Shown: positions 35,377 to 44,936 of the stretch, one piece after another
Layout of the letters: every line of letters starts with the position of its first letter
Position numbering within the stretch: the first letter of the stretch is position 1
DNA from: Candidatus Azophilus sp.
GTDB taxonomy: Bacteria > Pseudomonadota > Gammaproteobacteria > Pseudomonadales > Azotimanducaceae
Length of the DNA stretch: 64,000 nucleotides
Direction of reading: 5' to 3'
Assembly (NCBI GenBank): GCA_965200465.1
Contig: OZ241358.1
Coordinates: forward strand, 1,189,872 to 1,253,871
Position numbers and translations under genes: made by a program
Notes under the pieces: generated by a model
Told to the model about the DNA's origin: nothing
Databases searched by the model: none
The model's input: only the letters and a program-made list of their open reading frames with translations

Positions 35377-36939
35377 TCATCTCAAGGGAGCGGCGCGGGC
35401 GGCCTGCTTGCGCAGGTGGGCCCGCCAAGTCATGGCCCAGCGGTCGGGGTCGTCCAGGGAATCCGCATTGAGCCGATGAATCCCCTGGTTGTGGGGCGCC
35501 GTTTTGACGATTTCCGGGTTGGAGTAGGCTTCGTCGGAAATTTGCCGCAGCACGGCAACCCAGTAATCCACGTCTTCCTTGGACCACATTTCCCCGGCTT
35601 CCGGCGTGAAGGGCTGGGGCACGATCCAGGGTTCGTGGCTCAGCCAGAAGGCGTCGACGCCGAAATCGACCATGCGGTTCTGGACATCGAGCACGCTCAC
35701 GCCGGTGTCTTGATACAGCTGTTCCAGGCTGAAGCGAGTCATCTCCATGCGCCAGCCCTCGGCCTCCGGGTGCGAGCGGGCCACCCCGCGGATTTGCAGC
35801 AGCTGCCGCTCCATGTAGTTGTTGAGCAGCACCGACATGTCCGCGGCCTCGGAGAGGCCCTCTGCGCCCATGGCCCGCAGCCAGGCGTAAGCCTTGACCA
35901 GCTGCTGGACATTGCCCAGATATTCCCGCACCCGGCCAACGCCTTGGGCGGAGGCGGCGCGCAGCGCGAAGCGGGCGCCTTCCCGGACGACTATGGGGCC
36001 CGGCAGATATTCGGCCAGTTCGTCCGTGCAGCCGTAGGCGCCCACCGCCGGGCCGCCTCCGCCCTTGGCCACGCCGAACGTCTTGTGCAGCATGAACATG
36101 CAGGCGTCGAAGCCGAGTTCCCTAGCCCGAATCTTGGTCATCACGCCATTGAAGTTGGCATGATCATAGAAGCACAGGCCGCCGGCCTCATGCACGATTT
36201 CCACCCACTGCTTGATGTGCGGGTTGTAAACCCCCATGTCGTCCGGGTTGTTGATCATCAGCGCGGCGGTGCGCTCCGAAACCGCCGCCTTGAGCGCCTT
36301 CAAGGATGGATAGCCGTCCTTTTCCAGCATCAGGGTCACCACCTCGAACCCGGCGGCGGCGGCGGTGGCGGGGTTGCAGGGATGGGATTGAATGCTGGTG
36401 ATGATCTGATTGCGCTGCTCAAGCTGGCCCCGGGCGGCATGATAGGCCCGGGTGACGCAGGCGTGGGCGTAGGCGGCGTCGGCGCCCCCGGCCGGCTGGA
36501 ACGTGAACCGTTCCATTCCGGACAGTTCGCGCAGCAGCAGATCCAGGCGGTGGATCACCTCCAGAACGCCTTGCAGGGTCGAGCAATCCTGATTCGGGTG
36601 CAGCTCCGCCACTTGCGGACGGGCGCTGAGATCTTCCGTCAGCCGCGGGTTGTACTTCATGGTGCAGGTGCCGAACAGGCTGATGCCCATCATGCCCAGG
36701 GTTTGCTGGGAAAGATGCAGGTAGTGGCGCAGGACGTCCGGCTCCGACATTTCCGGCAGGGCAGGGGGGGCGCCGCGCTGCATGGCTGCCGGAATCAGCT
36801 GCTTGGCGGCGCCCGCCCTGGCCGACGGGTCTTGCTCCGCGTGGGGGAAATGGCAGCCCCGGCGACCGGGCGCCCCGAGTTCCATGACCAGCGGCTCGTC
36901 CCAGATTGGGGCTTGGTATCTGCGCAGCGGAGGGGTCAT
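35377..36939 (-). CDS. gcvPB: Glycine dehydrogenase (aminomethyl-transferring) subunit 2-like PLP enzyme
   Basis: The ATG at 36939 overlaps the subunit-1 stop (ATGA). Typical GcvPB blocks are present: LPEMSEPDVLRHYLHLSQ, HPNQD, HLNLHKTF-like MFMLHKTFGVAKGGGGP and the PLP-Lys region. Confidence 0.8.
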   Translation of the reverse strand: MTPPLRRYQAPIWDEPLVMELGAPGRRGCHFPHAEQDPSARAGAAKQLIPAAMQRGAPPALPEMSEPDVLRHYLHLSQQTLGMMGISLFGTCTMKYNPRLTEDLSARPQVAELHPNQDCSTLQGVLEVIHRLDLLLRELSGMERFTFQPAGGADAAYAHACVTRAYHAARGQLEQRNQIITSIQSHPCNPATAAAAGFEVVTLMLEKDGYPSLKALKAAVSERTAALMINNPDDMGVYNPHIKQWVEIVHEAGGLCFYDHANFNGVMTKIRARELGFDACMFMLHKTFGVAKGGGGPAVGAYGCTDELAEYLPGPIVVREGARFALRAASAQGVGRVREYLGNVQQLVKAYAWLRAMGAEGLSEAADMSVLLNNYMERQLLQIRGVARSHPEAEGWRMEMTRFSLEQLYQDTGVSVLDVQNRMVDFGVDAFWLSHEPWIVPQPFTPEAGEMWSKEDVDYWVAVLRQISDEAYSNPEIVKTAPHNQGIHRLNADSLDDPDRWAMTWRAHLRKQAARAAPLR

Positions 36940-38333
36940 GCTCGGCAAATCTCCTCCAAGCATTCGGCAAGGCGCTGCAGGTCGGCGGCATCATGGAGTT
37001 CGGTCACGCAGTACAGGGCGCTCTGGCCCAGCTCCGGAAAGGCCGCGCTCAAATCCAGGCCGCCGAAAATGCCCCGGTCGAGCAACTGCCGGTTGATCTC
37101 ATGCACACTCTTGCCCGCGGCATCGAAATTGACCCGGAACTCCTTGAAAAATCCCGTGCTGGGGCAGACCGAAACCCCGGGAATCCGCCCAAGCAGAGAG
37201 GCGCCGCTATGCGCCTGCTGCACGATCAGTTCGCCCAGCTCTCGGAACCCCTCGGGGCCCAGCAGCGCCATGTAGGCGGCGCTGGCGATGGCCCACAGAT
37301 AGGTGGAGTTGCCGGTCCAATCCTTGCCGGCTTCCCGGGAACCGTAGGAACTTTGATGCATCAGGGCCATGCCGAAGCCGCGCTCGCCATGGGTGGTTTC
37401 GCCGATGCTCAGCATCAGCGCCGGGCATTCGCCGGCGTAGCGCGGCTCGTCCCGGCTGGCGATGAACCCGCCGAGGCCGCCGCCGCAGTGCATGTGAATG
37501 CCCAGGGGCTGAATCGACCCCACGGCAATATCTGCCCCGTATTGCCCGGGCGGCATCAGCACCCCTAGGGATAGAGGGTCCAGGCCGACGATGGTTTCCG
37601 CGCCTCGATGCCGGGCGGCGTCGGCAATTTGCGCGGCCTGAGACTGAATTTGCCCCAGATAGGAGGGGTTTTCGAAATAGACCGCGGCACATCGATCGGA
37701 CAGTTTCGCCTGCAGGTCGCGCAAGTCAACCAGCCCGCTGGCCGGCTCCACCTCGAACTCCAAGATCTGAATGTGCGAGGCCATTTGCGGCGGTTCGCAA
37801 TAGGTTGCGATGACCGCGCGCCGCTCCGGGTCCAAAAAGCGGGGGATGAGCACTTGGCTGCGCTCGGTCATTCGGGCGGCCATGCGAATGGCATGCCCCG
37901 CCGCGCAGCCCCAGCTGTAAACGGGCAGCGCCACCAAGTCCAGATCCAGCAGTTCGCCCAGCTGGCTGGCGAACTCGAACCAGGCTTGGTTTCTGCCCAA
38001 ATCGGAAGAAGGGGTGCCCCAAACCGGGGTGAGAAATTCGCTGCGCCGGACGATTTCGTCGCAGACTGCGGGCACATGGTGGCGCCAGCAGCCGCCGCCT
38101 AGGAAGTTCAAGGCTTCTTCGCAGGAGGTGTTCCGCCCAAGCAGACCGAGCATGTGGCGGCGCAACTCGACCTCTGAACTCATGGCCGGCGGCAGTTGCA
38201 GCGGCTTCCGGCAGCGGTGGTCGTCGGGAATCTGAATGAACAGCTCCTCGGCCGTCTCGACACCCAAAGCATCCAGCAGTTGCCGGCGCATGGCGGGGAC
38301 CGAATTCGGCATGAAGGGGTGAGGACGCGGCAT
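36936..38333 (-). CDS. gcvPA: Glycine dehydrogenase (aminomethyl-transferring) subunit 1-like protein
   Basis: N-terminus PHPFMPNSVPAMRRQLLDALGVETAEELF and FLGGGCWRHHVPAVCDEI are typical of GcvPA. 465 aa. Confidence 0.8.
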   Translation of the reverse strand: MPRPHPFMPNSVPAMRRQLLDALGVETAEELFIQIPDDHRCRKPLQLPPAMSSEVELRRHMLGLLGRNTSCEEALNFLGGGCWRHHVPAVCDEIVRRSEFLTPVWGTPSSDLGRNQAWFEFASQLGELLDLDLVALPVYSWGCAAGHAIRMAARMTERSQVLIPRFLDPERRAVIATYCEPPQMASHIQILEFEVEPASGLVDLRDLQAKLSDRCAAVYFENPSYLGQIQSQAAQIADAARHRGAETIVGLDPLSLGVLMPPGQYGADIAVGSIQPLGIHMHCGGGLGGFIASRDEPRYAGECPALMLSIGETTHGERGFGMALMHQSSYGSREAGKDWTGNSTYLWAIASAAYMALLGPEGFRELGELIVQQAHSGASLLGRIPGVSVCPSTGFFKEFRVNFDAAGKSVHEINRQLLDRGIFGGLDLSAAFPELGQSALYCVTELHDAADLQRLAECLEEICRA

Positions 38334-38456
38334 GATCGCCTATGCCTCCCATGCTCGATTCAGGAAATTGCGCTGCTTCACTGGCGGGAATATATCATCG
38401 CCGCACCGCAATGGCACTCGCAATCAATGCCTTGGCCAAACGGGACGGGGTGGGCA

Positions 38457-39599
38457 ATGCAGACATATCGGCTCGGCTTGATCGTCAATCCCATTGCCGG
38501 CATGGGAGGCGCGGTGGGGCTCAAGGGCACTGACCGGGAACTGGCGGAGAAGGCGCGAGCGCTCGGCGCCGCGCCCTTGGCCGGCTGCCGCGCCGCCGCC
38601 GCTCTGTCGCAGTTGGCCGACCTTGGCGACCGGCTGCAAGTGCTCACCTGTTCCGGGACAATGGGTGCGGACGCCGCACAGGCGAACGGCTTGCCGGCAC
38701 AGGTGGCGAGCATTGTGCAGGATGGTCCAACCAGCGCCGCCGACACCCAGGCAGCGGCCCTGCGCATCCTCGATCGGCATCCAGATCTGCTGCTGTTTGC
38801 CGGCGGAGACGGCACGGCTCGGGATCTGCTCGAGGTGTTGGGCCAAAGGGTTCCCATGCTGGGCGTGCCCTGCGGCGTGAAGATGCATTCGGCGGCCTTT
38901 GCGGCTTCGCCTCGGGCCGCTGGGGAAGTGGTTCGCAGACACCTGCTGGCCGCCGACCGCGGGGCCCTGCTGCGGGATGCGGAAATTCTGGACCGGGAAG
39001 CCTCCTCCGCAACGCAAAACAGGCTGTCGCCCAAACTGTACGGCATGGTGCGGACCCCCTGCCTGTCCTTGCTGGTGCCGGGCGCCAAGTCTTCCAGCAG
39101 GCCGAGCGAGCAAGCAGCCTTGCAGAGCGCCGTGTGCAGGGCGGTGAAGTTGGCTGGCGACAAGCGCATCACGCTCATCGGTCCCGGCTCGACCATGCAG
39201 CGGGTAAAGCGGGGGCTCGGCTTTGCAGGCGCGCTTTTGGGCGTGGATGCCGCAGCGGAGGGACGCTGCTTGGCCGAAGACCTCGGCGAACGGGATATTC
39301 TCGGCTTGCTGCGCGGTCGGCCGGCGCGCATTCTGCTCAGCGTGGTCGGCGGCCAGGGATTCCTGTTCGGACGGGGCAATCAGCAGTTCAGCCCAAAGGT
39401 CATCCGGGCCGTGGGCCTGGATCAGATCTTTGTGGTGGCCTCCCTGGAAAAACTGGCGGCGCTGCCGGAGCAATGCCTGCTGGTCGATACCGGAGACGAG
39501 CGGCTGGACGATCAGTTGGCGGGCTTTAGGGAAGTAATCGTGAGCGGCGGTCGAACGGTGCTCATGCCGGTGCGCAACGCCGGACGACAAGCGCCGTGA
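38457..39599 (+). CDS. ATP-NAD kinase family protein (AcoX-like)
   Basis: The ATG at 38457 gives MQTYRLGLIVNPIAGMGGAVGLKGTD. GGDGT (FAGGDGTARDLL) is the NAD-kinase/diacylglycerol-kinase-fold signature. The gene is divergent from the gcvPA-like gene. Confidence 0.7.
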   Translation: MQTYRLGLIVNPIAGMGGAVGLKGTDRELAEKARALGAAPLAGCRAAAALSQLADLGDRLQVLTCSGTMGADAAQANGLPAQVASIVQDGPTSAADTQAAALRILDRHPDLLLFAGGDGTARDLLEVLGQRVPMLGVPCGVKMHSAAFAASPRAAGEVVRRHLLAADRGALLRDAEILDREASSATQNRLSPKLYGMVRTPCLSLLVPGAKSSSRPSEQAALQSAVCRAVKLAGDKRITLIGPGSTMQRVKRGLGFAGALLGVDAAAEGRCLAEDLGERDILGLLRGRPARILLSVVGGQGFLFGRGNQQFSPKVIRAVGLDQIFVVASLEKLAALPEQCLLVDTGDERLDDQLAGFREVIVSGGRTVLMPVRNAGRQAP

Positions 39600-40564
39600 C
39601 CAAGGCGTCGCCGCGAGCCGGTCGGGGCTGGACCCATTACTGGCGGGAGGGCTGGGCGGCCTCCTGCGCCCCGGACAGCAAACGCGCGGCCCGGGAAATC
39701 CGCGAACGCTGGATGCAATGGTTCGCCGAGCTGCCGGACGGCAGCCGTGTGCTGGATCTGGGCACGGGCAACGGCATCCTGCTGGCCCATGCGGTGGCGG
39801 CGGCTCAGCAGCAAGGCAAGCGCTTTTATCTGACCGGCGTGGATTTGGCGGACATCGATCCGGTGCGCTGGCTGTCCAGCCTTCCCCCGGGGCTGCGCCG
39901 GGCGCGGTTTCTCGGCGGCGTGGCCGCGGAGCAGCTGCCGCTGGCCGCCGGAGAGTTCGATGCGGCGGTGTCTCAGTACGGCTTGGAATACGCGGCTCTG
40001 GAGCCAGCCTTGGCGGAGGTCGAGCGGATCCTCGCGCCGGGCGGGAAGCTGTTCTGGCTGGCCCATGCCGAAGACAGTTCCGTGGTGCGGCAGAACCGCA
40101 GCCAAGGTGAGCAGGCGGCCTACTTGCTGGCGCCGGGCAGCCCGCTGCATGCCATGCGGCGGTTCGTGGCCGAACGGCGCAGGGGCAGGGTGCCGAAGCG
40201 CACCGCCAAGGAGTTGGCTGCTGCGCTGGCCAAGGCCGAGCAATACTGCAACGACCGCCCGTCGGCCGCGGTGGTGCGTGAAGTCTGCACCGTCATCGCC
40301 GAAACGGCCCAGCGCTGGCAGGCATACCGCTTGGAGGACTTGGACCGCATGCTGAGCGACAGCCGCGCCCGGCTCCAGGCGCATCGCCAGAGAATGAGCG
40401 ATCTGGCGGCGGCCGTCCTGTCGCCCGTGCGGCTTGCAGCGGTTCGCCGCCGCTTGCAGCCGCCGGCTTGGCAAGAGGCGTCCATGGCGGAATTGCGGGT
40501 CGGCGCCTCCGCCAGCTCGGTGGGCCTGCTCATCGCCGCCCAACGTGCCTTCCCGCCTAGCTGA
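39596..40564 (+). CDS. Class I SAM-dependent methyltransferase
   Basis: GTG start overlaps the upstream stop (GTGA). Motif I is VLDLGTGNGILLAH, and an acidic post-I residue is followed by DAAVSQYGLEY. Confidence 0.7.
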   Translation: MTKASPRAGRGWTHYWREGWAASCAPDSKRAAREIRERWMQWFAELPDGSRVLDLGTGNGILLAHAVAAAQQQGKRFYLTGVDLADIDPVRWLSSLPPGLRRARFLGGVAAEQLPLAAGEFDAAVSQYGLEYAALEPALAEVERILAPGGKLFWLAHAEDSSVVRQNRSQGEQAAYLLAPGSPLHAMRRFVAERRRGRVPKRTAKELAAALAKAEQYCNDRPSAAVVREVCTVIAETAQRWQAYRLEDLDRMLSDSRARLQAHRQRMSDLAAAVLSPVRLAAVRRRLQPPAWQEASMAELRVGASASSVGLLIAAQRAFPPS

Positions 40565-40698
40565 CCGGGCCATCCTTCGGCCTTGGCCGGCGCCGCGCCC
40601 GGCCAATCTGCCGTGCTTCGTAAATACAGCAGAAACGCCATGCAGATTATTGAAATTAAAGCATTTTTTGGAACGGTTCGTTTGACTGAATATGCCGG

Positions 40699-41814
40699 CT
40701 AGCCTGGGCGGCGTCTCAGAAAGAACGCATAGGATTCCGGCAGGATCGCATGCGGATCCGGGTGGTCCAGGGCTTGCGCGGCGTGGAAGACGAAGTTTGG
40801 ATCGTCCAGCAGTTGCCGGCCGATGGCGACCAGATCCGCGCTGCCGGAAGCGATCGCCGCGTTCGCCTGACGCGGCTCGATGATCAGCCCCACGGCCATG
40901 GTCGGGATGCCGGCGCCTTGGCGAATGGCCTTGGCGTAGGGCACCAAGTAGCCCGGAGACTGCTCCCGGAGCGCACGCCCGGACGGGCCGACGATGCCCC
41001 CGGAGGAGCAGTCGATCAGATCCACGCCCTTGGCCTGCAGGGCCTTCGCCAAGGCCACCGAATCCTCAATGGTCGCACCTTCGGGGAATCCGTCCACGGC
41101 GGAAGTGCGGAACAGCAGCGGCATGGAATCCGGCAGAACCGAGCGCACCGCCTCCGCCACGGCCAAGGGAAAGCGCATGCGGTCGCGCAGTTCCGGCCCG
41201 CCCCAACGGTCCTCCCGCTGATTGGACAGCGGCGAAAAGAAGCTGTTCAGCAAATAACCATGAGCGCCGTGAATTTCGATGAAGTCAAAGCCGGCTTGCA
41301 GGGCGCGGCGCGCCGCCAAGACGAAGGCTTCGATCATGCGCTGAATTTCCGCCTCTCTCATGGCCTTGGGCGCGGGCCAGCCCGGGGCCATGGCGATGGC
41401 GCTGGGCGCGATGGTTTCCCATGCCTGATCGGGTGCGCATTGCGCCAGCGGGGCGGCCCCGTCCAAGGGCGCCGCGGCGCTGCCCTTGCGCCCGGAGTGG
41501 CCGATCTGAATGCCTGCTGGAATCCCTTGGCGGTGGTAGATGGCGGCGATCTTGGCAAGCCCTTTGATGTGGCTGTCCAAATAGATGCCCAAGCACTTGG
41601 GCGTGATGCGTCCTTTGCGGGTGACCGCGGTGGCTTCGACGCTGGCCGCGCCCACCCCCGCCAGAGAAAACCGCCCGTGGTGCGCGAAATGCCAATCCAC
41701 GACATGGCCATCTTCCGCGCAGTACTGGCACATGGGCGTGACGAACACCCGATTGCGGAACTCCAGGCCGCGCAGGCGGAAGGGCCGGAACAGCGCCGGC
41801 AGGGATGCGTCCAA
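40699..41814 (-). CDS. NADH:flavin oxidoreductase / NADH oxidase (Old Yellow Enzyme family)
   Basis: LFRPFRLRGLEFRNRVFVTPMCQY, HSGRKGS, GFDFIEIHGAHGYLLNSFFSPLSNQR and GRQLLDDPNF are canonical OYE blocks. Confidence 0.85.
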   Translation of the reverse strand: MDASLPALFRPFRLRGLEFRNRVFVTPMCQYCAEDGHVVDWHFAHHGRFSLAGVGAASVEATAVTRKGRITPKCLGIYLDSHIKGLAKIAAIYHRQGIPAGIQIGHSGRKGSAAAPLDGAAPLAQCAPDQAWETIAPSAIAMAPGWPAPKAMREAEIQRMIEAFVLAARRALQAGFDFIEIHGAHGYLLNSFFSPLSNQREDRWGGPELRDRMRFPLAVAEAVRSVLPDSMPLLFRTSAVDGFPEGATIEDSVALAKALQAKGVDLIDCSSGGIVGPSGRALREQSPGYLVPYAKAIRQGAGIPTMAVGLIIEPRQANAAIASGSADLVAIGRQLLDDPNFVFHAAQALDHPDPHAILPESYAFFLRRRPG

Positions 41815-41821
41815 GGCGAGT

Positions 41822-42802
41822 TCAGCCAGCCGCTTGCCCGACTTTAATCTCCGGCTCCTTGCGGTCGGCGATGGGCGGCAGGCTGTGGGCTAGGGCTTCC
41901 ACTTCGCGCATCAGGGGAACCAGCTTGCGCATCCGCTCAGCCCCCTCCTGCCCAAGCTGATCGAAGCGGGTGAGGGGAGGGCGCACCTCGCCCATGGGAT
42001 AGCCGGCCGCCGCCGCTAGAGCCTTGGAATAGCATTGATGGCCGTAGGCGGGATGGCCTTCGGCGATCACCTTGTCCATCGCCTCGGCCAGTTGCTGAAT
42101 GCGCTTCGCCTCCTCGATGCGGCCGGCATCCAGCAGATCCCAAAGCCTTGACGTCGAATAGGGGATGTAGTTGCCGAAAGGGTTGACATAGCCGACGGCG
42201 CCCAGCAGATGGCTTTCCACGGGTCGCTCTCCGGCGAACACATGCATTGCGCCTTCGGTTTCCTCCAGGATGTCGAACACCCGGCCCACGTCCATGCTGG
42301 CCTCCTTGATGTAGCGGACGTTGTCGAAGGCCGCGGTCAGGCGGGCAACCAGCTTGGCGGACATGTCCACGTTGGAGGTGAACGGATTGTTGTACAGCAT
42401 GATCGGCAGCGAGACCGCTTCCGAGATGGCCCGGTAGTACTCGAATATCTCGTCCTCCGTGGGCGTGTAGTAATAGGGGGGAAGGATCATCAGGCCGTCG
42501 GCGCCCAGGTCTTGCGCCTCGCGGCTGTGGCGGACCGCCTTGGGGGTGTGGGCGTTCATGGCGCCCACCAGCACATCCATCCGCCCTTGGACGTGCTCCA
42601 CCGTGGCGCCGACCAGGGTGCGGCGCTCCTGATCGCTGACGGTCAGGAATTCTCCGGTGGTGCCCAGAATGATGATGCCGGGAACCTCGCAGGCCAGCTG
42701 CCAGTCGAGAAACCGCTTCAGGGAATCGACGCATATCCGGGCGCCGTCCTCCGTAAAAGGCGTGACCGCCACCGTGTGGCTGCCATGAAACTGCGCATTC
42801 AT
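41822..42802 (-). CDS. Dihydrodipicolinate synthase family protein (DapA/HypD-like lyase or deaminase)
   Basis: The ATG at 42802 gives MNAQFHGSHTVAVTPFTEDG. GIIILGTTGEF and PPYYYTP are present, and IKEAS is the Schiff-base Lys region. Confidence 0.85.
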   Translation of the reverse strand: MNAQFHGSHTVAVTPFTEDGARICVDSLKRFLDWQLACEVPGIIILGTTGEFLTVSDQERRTLVGATVEHVQGRMDVLVGAMNAHTPKAVRHSREAQDLGADGLMILPPYYYTPTEDEIFEYYRAISEAVSLPIMLYNNPFTSNVDMSAKLVARLTAAFDNVRYIKEASMDVGRVFDILEETEGAMHVFAGERPVESHLLGAVGYVNPFGNYIPYSTSRLWDLLDAGRIEEAKRIQQLAEAMDKVIAEGHPAYGHQCYSKALAAAAGYPMGEVRPPLTRFDQLGQEGAERMRKLVPLMREVEALAHSLPPIADRKEPEIKVGQAAG

Positions 42803-42960
42803 TCGTCCGCCCTCCCGTGCCGCCAAGCGCTTGCCGATGCCGTTGGGATTCGGCGCCGATGGCGCCCTTGCTGTCGCCGTCGGCCCGATGCGCCTTGAAC
42901 CTTAGCACAGAGCGCGAAAAGCAATCCAGTTCGGCGAGGGCTTGCGCAGGGGCATGGGCC

Positions 42961-44175
42961 ATGGCGGTTGACGGGGCTTTTTGGATGGGAATAGCATCGC
43001 CGAAGGCAGGGAAGGCGGCGCGGTTCGGCACGGGGCGGACAGGCGGATTGTTCGACGCGATCATCATCGGGGGCGGCATCGCCGGTTGCAGCACGGCTTA
43101 TTTTTTGGCTGCGGACGGGGCGCAGGCGGCTGTCTTGGAGCAGTTCGAGCCCGGGTCCCTGGCTTCGAGCGCCAATGCCGGCAGCCTGCATGTCCAGATT
43201 CAGCCCGAACCTTTCCATGCGTTTGGCGAGGCTTGGGCGCGGGCGTTCGCGCCGGCCTTGCCGTTCTATGCCGAGTCCCTGTCACTCTGGCGGCAAACCG
43301 AAACTGCGCTGGGCGAAGATTTTCAGATCGTCCAAAACGGCGGGCTGCTGATTGCCGAAAGCGACGCGGATATGCGCTTCATCGAGGCCAAGATGCGCAT
43401 CGAACGTGCGGCCGGCTTGGAGATGGCGCTGCTGTCCGCGGCGGATTTGCGCGACCGGGCGCCCTGGATCGCGGATTCCGCTGTCGGCGGCGCCTTCTGT
43501 CCCGTGGAAGGCCAAGCCAATCCGCTGATCGCCGCGCAGTCCTTCGCCGCCGCCGCCGCCGCCTTGGGCGCTCGGATCGAGTCGGGCTGTCAGGTGCGGG
43601 CCATTCGTCGCAGCAAGGCTGGCTATGAGGCCGAGACCAGCAAGGGGCGGTTTCGGGCGGCGCGGCTGGTGAACGCGGCCGGAGCGGATGCGCCGCGCAT
43701 CGCCAAGCTGCTCGGCAGCGCTTTGCCGCTGGAATCCTTTCCCTTGCAGCTGATCGTCACCGAACCCGCCGAGCCGTTGCTGGACCAGCTGATCTATTCC
43801 GCCGCCGACCCTCTGACCTTGAAGCAGACCAAGATCGGCAGCGTCCTGATCGGGGGCGGCTGGCCCGGGTGGCTGGATGGCCGCGGCCACGCCCAGGTTG
43901 CCGCGCGCTCCCTGCTGGGCAATCTGCGCGCCGCCGGCCGGCTGGTTCCGGCTCTGCAGCCGCTGCGCATGATCCGCGCCTGGGCGGCGCAAGCGGCGGG
44001 CAATCGCAGCTGGCTGCCGATGCTTGGGGAACTGCCCGGCGTTCCGGGATGCTTCGTCAACTGCGTGCCTTGGATGGGGTTCAGCGGAGCGCCGGCCGCC
44101 AGCCGCATCGTCGCCAGCCTCGTGCAGGGGCGAACTCCGCCGATGGATTTCGATGTCTCCTGCTTCGCCCCTTGA
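42961..44175 (+). CDS. FAD-dependent oxidoreductase (DAO / sarcosine-oxidase-beta-like)
   Basis: The start was set at ATG 42961 (or 42985) to leave a divergent intergenic gap to the dapA-like gene. The dinucleotide fold is FDAIIIGGGIAGCSTAYFLA. About 400 aa. Confidence 0.8.
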   Translation: MAVDGAFWMGIASPKAGKAARFGTGRTGGLFDAIIIGGGIAGCSTAYFLAADGAQAAVLEQFEPGSLASSANAGSLHVQIQPEPFHAFGEAWARAFAPALPFYAESLSLWRQTETALGEDFQIVQNGGLLIAESDADMRFIEAKMRIERAAGLEMALLSAADLRDRAPWIADSAVGGAFCPVEGQANPLIAAQSFAAAAAALGARIESGCQVRAIRRSKAGYEAETSKGRFRAARLVNAAGADAPRIAKLLGSALPLESFPLQLIVTEPAEPLLDQLIYSAADPLTLKQTKIGSVLIGGGWPGWLDGRGHAQVAARSLLGNLRAAGRLVPALQPLRMIRAWAAQAAGNRSWLPMLGELPGVPGCFVNCVPWMGFSGAPAASRIVASLVQGRTPPMDFDVSCFAP

Positions 44176-44198
44176 ACAGGCGGAATCGCCGCCGCCAG

Positions 44199-44936
44199 TC
44201 AGTGCTTCAGGATGGAGGCGACGAACTCCCGAGTGCGGGCCTGCCGGGGCCGGTCGAAAATCCGCTCCGGCGGGCCGATTTCGACGATGCTCCCCTGGTC
44301 CATGACCGCCACCTGGGTGGAAACCTCCCGCACGAAGGCCATCTCGTGGGAGACGATGAGCATGGTGATGCCTTCTCCGGTCAGGGTGCGGATGGTTGCA
44401 AGCACCTCGCTTACGCGCTCAGGGTCCAGGGCGGCGGTCACTTCGTCCAGCAGCAGGATTTCCGGGTGGGTGGCCAGGGCCCGGGCGATGGCCACCCGCT
44501 GCTGCTGCCCGCCGGAAAGCTCCTCGGGATAGGCGTCGCGCTTGTCCGTCATGCCCACTTTTTCCAGCAGCGCCAGCGCCTCCCGCTCCGCTTCCCGGCG
44601 CGAGCGCTTCTTCACCTTGATCGGCGCCAAGGTCAGGTTGCGCAGCGTCGTCATGTTCTGAAACAGGTTGTACTCCTGAAAGACGATGGACATCCGATTG
44701 CGCAGCGCCCGCAGGCTCTTGCGGCTGCGGTAATCGACCCGTTCGCCGGCGATCAGCACCTCGCCTTGGCTGGCGGGCGTCAATCCGATCAGCGCCCGCA
44801 GCAGGGTGCTCTTGCCGGAGCCGGACGGGCCGATCAGGCCGATCACCTCGCCCTGGTCCGCGGCTAGGCTTACTTCCCGCAGCACCTCGCTGGCGCCGTA
44901 GGCGCTGCACAGATTGCGAATTTCAAGATGCGGCAA
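44199..44936 (-). CDS. Amino-acid ABC transporter ATP-binding protein
   Basis: Walker A GPSGSGKST, signature LSGGQQQRVAIARAL, Walker B LLLDEVTAALD. Confidence 0.9.
   Translation of the reverse strand: MPHLEIRNLCSAYGASEVLREVSLAADQGEVIGLIGPSGSGKSTLLRALIGLTPASQGEVLIAGERVDYRSRKSLRALRNRMSIVFQEYNLFQNMTTLRNLTLAPIKVKKRSRREAEREALALLEKVGMTDKRDAYPEELSGGQQQRVAIARALATHPEILLLDEVTAALDPERVSEVLATIRTLTGEGITMLIVSHEMAFVREVSTQVAVMDQGSIVEIGPPERIFDRPRQARTREFVASILKH

Noticed and set aside
38334-38456. Possible glycine riboswitch upstream of the gcvPA-like gene
   Set aside because: The region is only 123 bp and is shared with a divergent gene. I could not find the conserved glycine-aptamer elements on the minus strand. 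A covariance-model scan (Rfam RF00504) would settle it.
40583-40606. GC-rich hairpin (ttggccgg-N8-ccggccaa) between the convergent methyltransferase and OYE genes as a terminator
   Set aside because: No U-tract follows on either strand. It may still be a structural element, but it cannot be called an intrinsic terminator.
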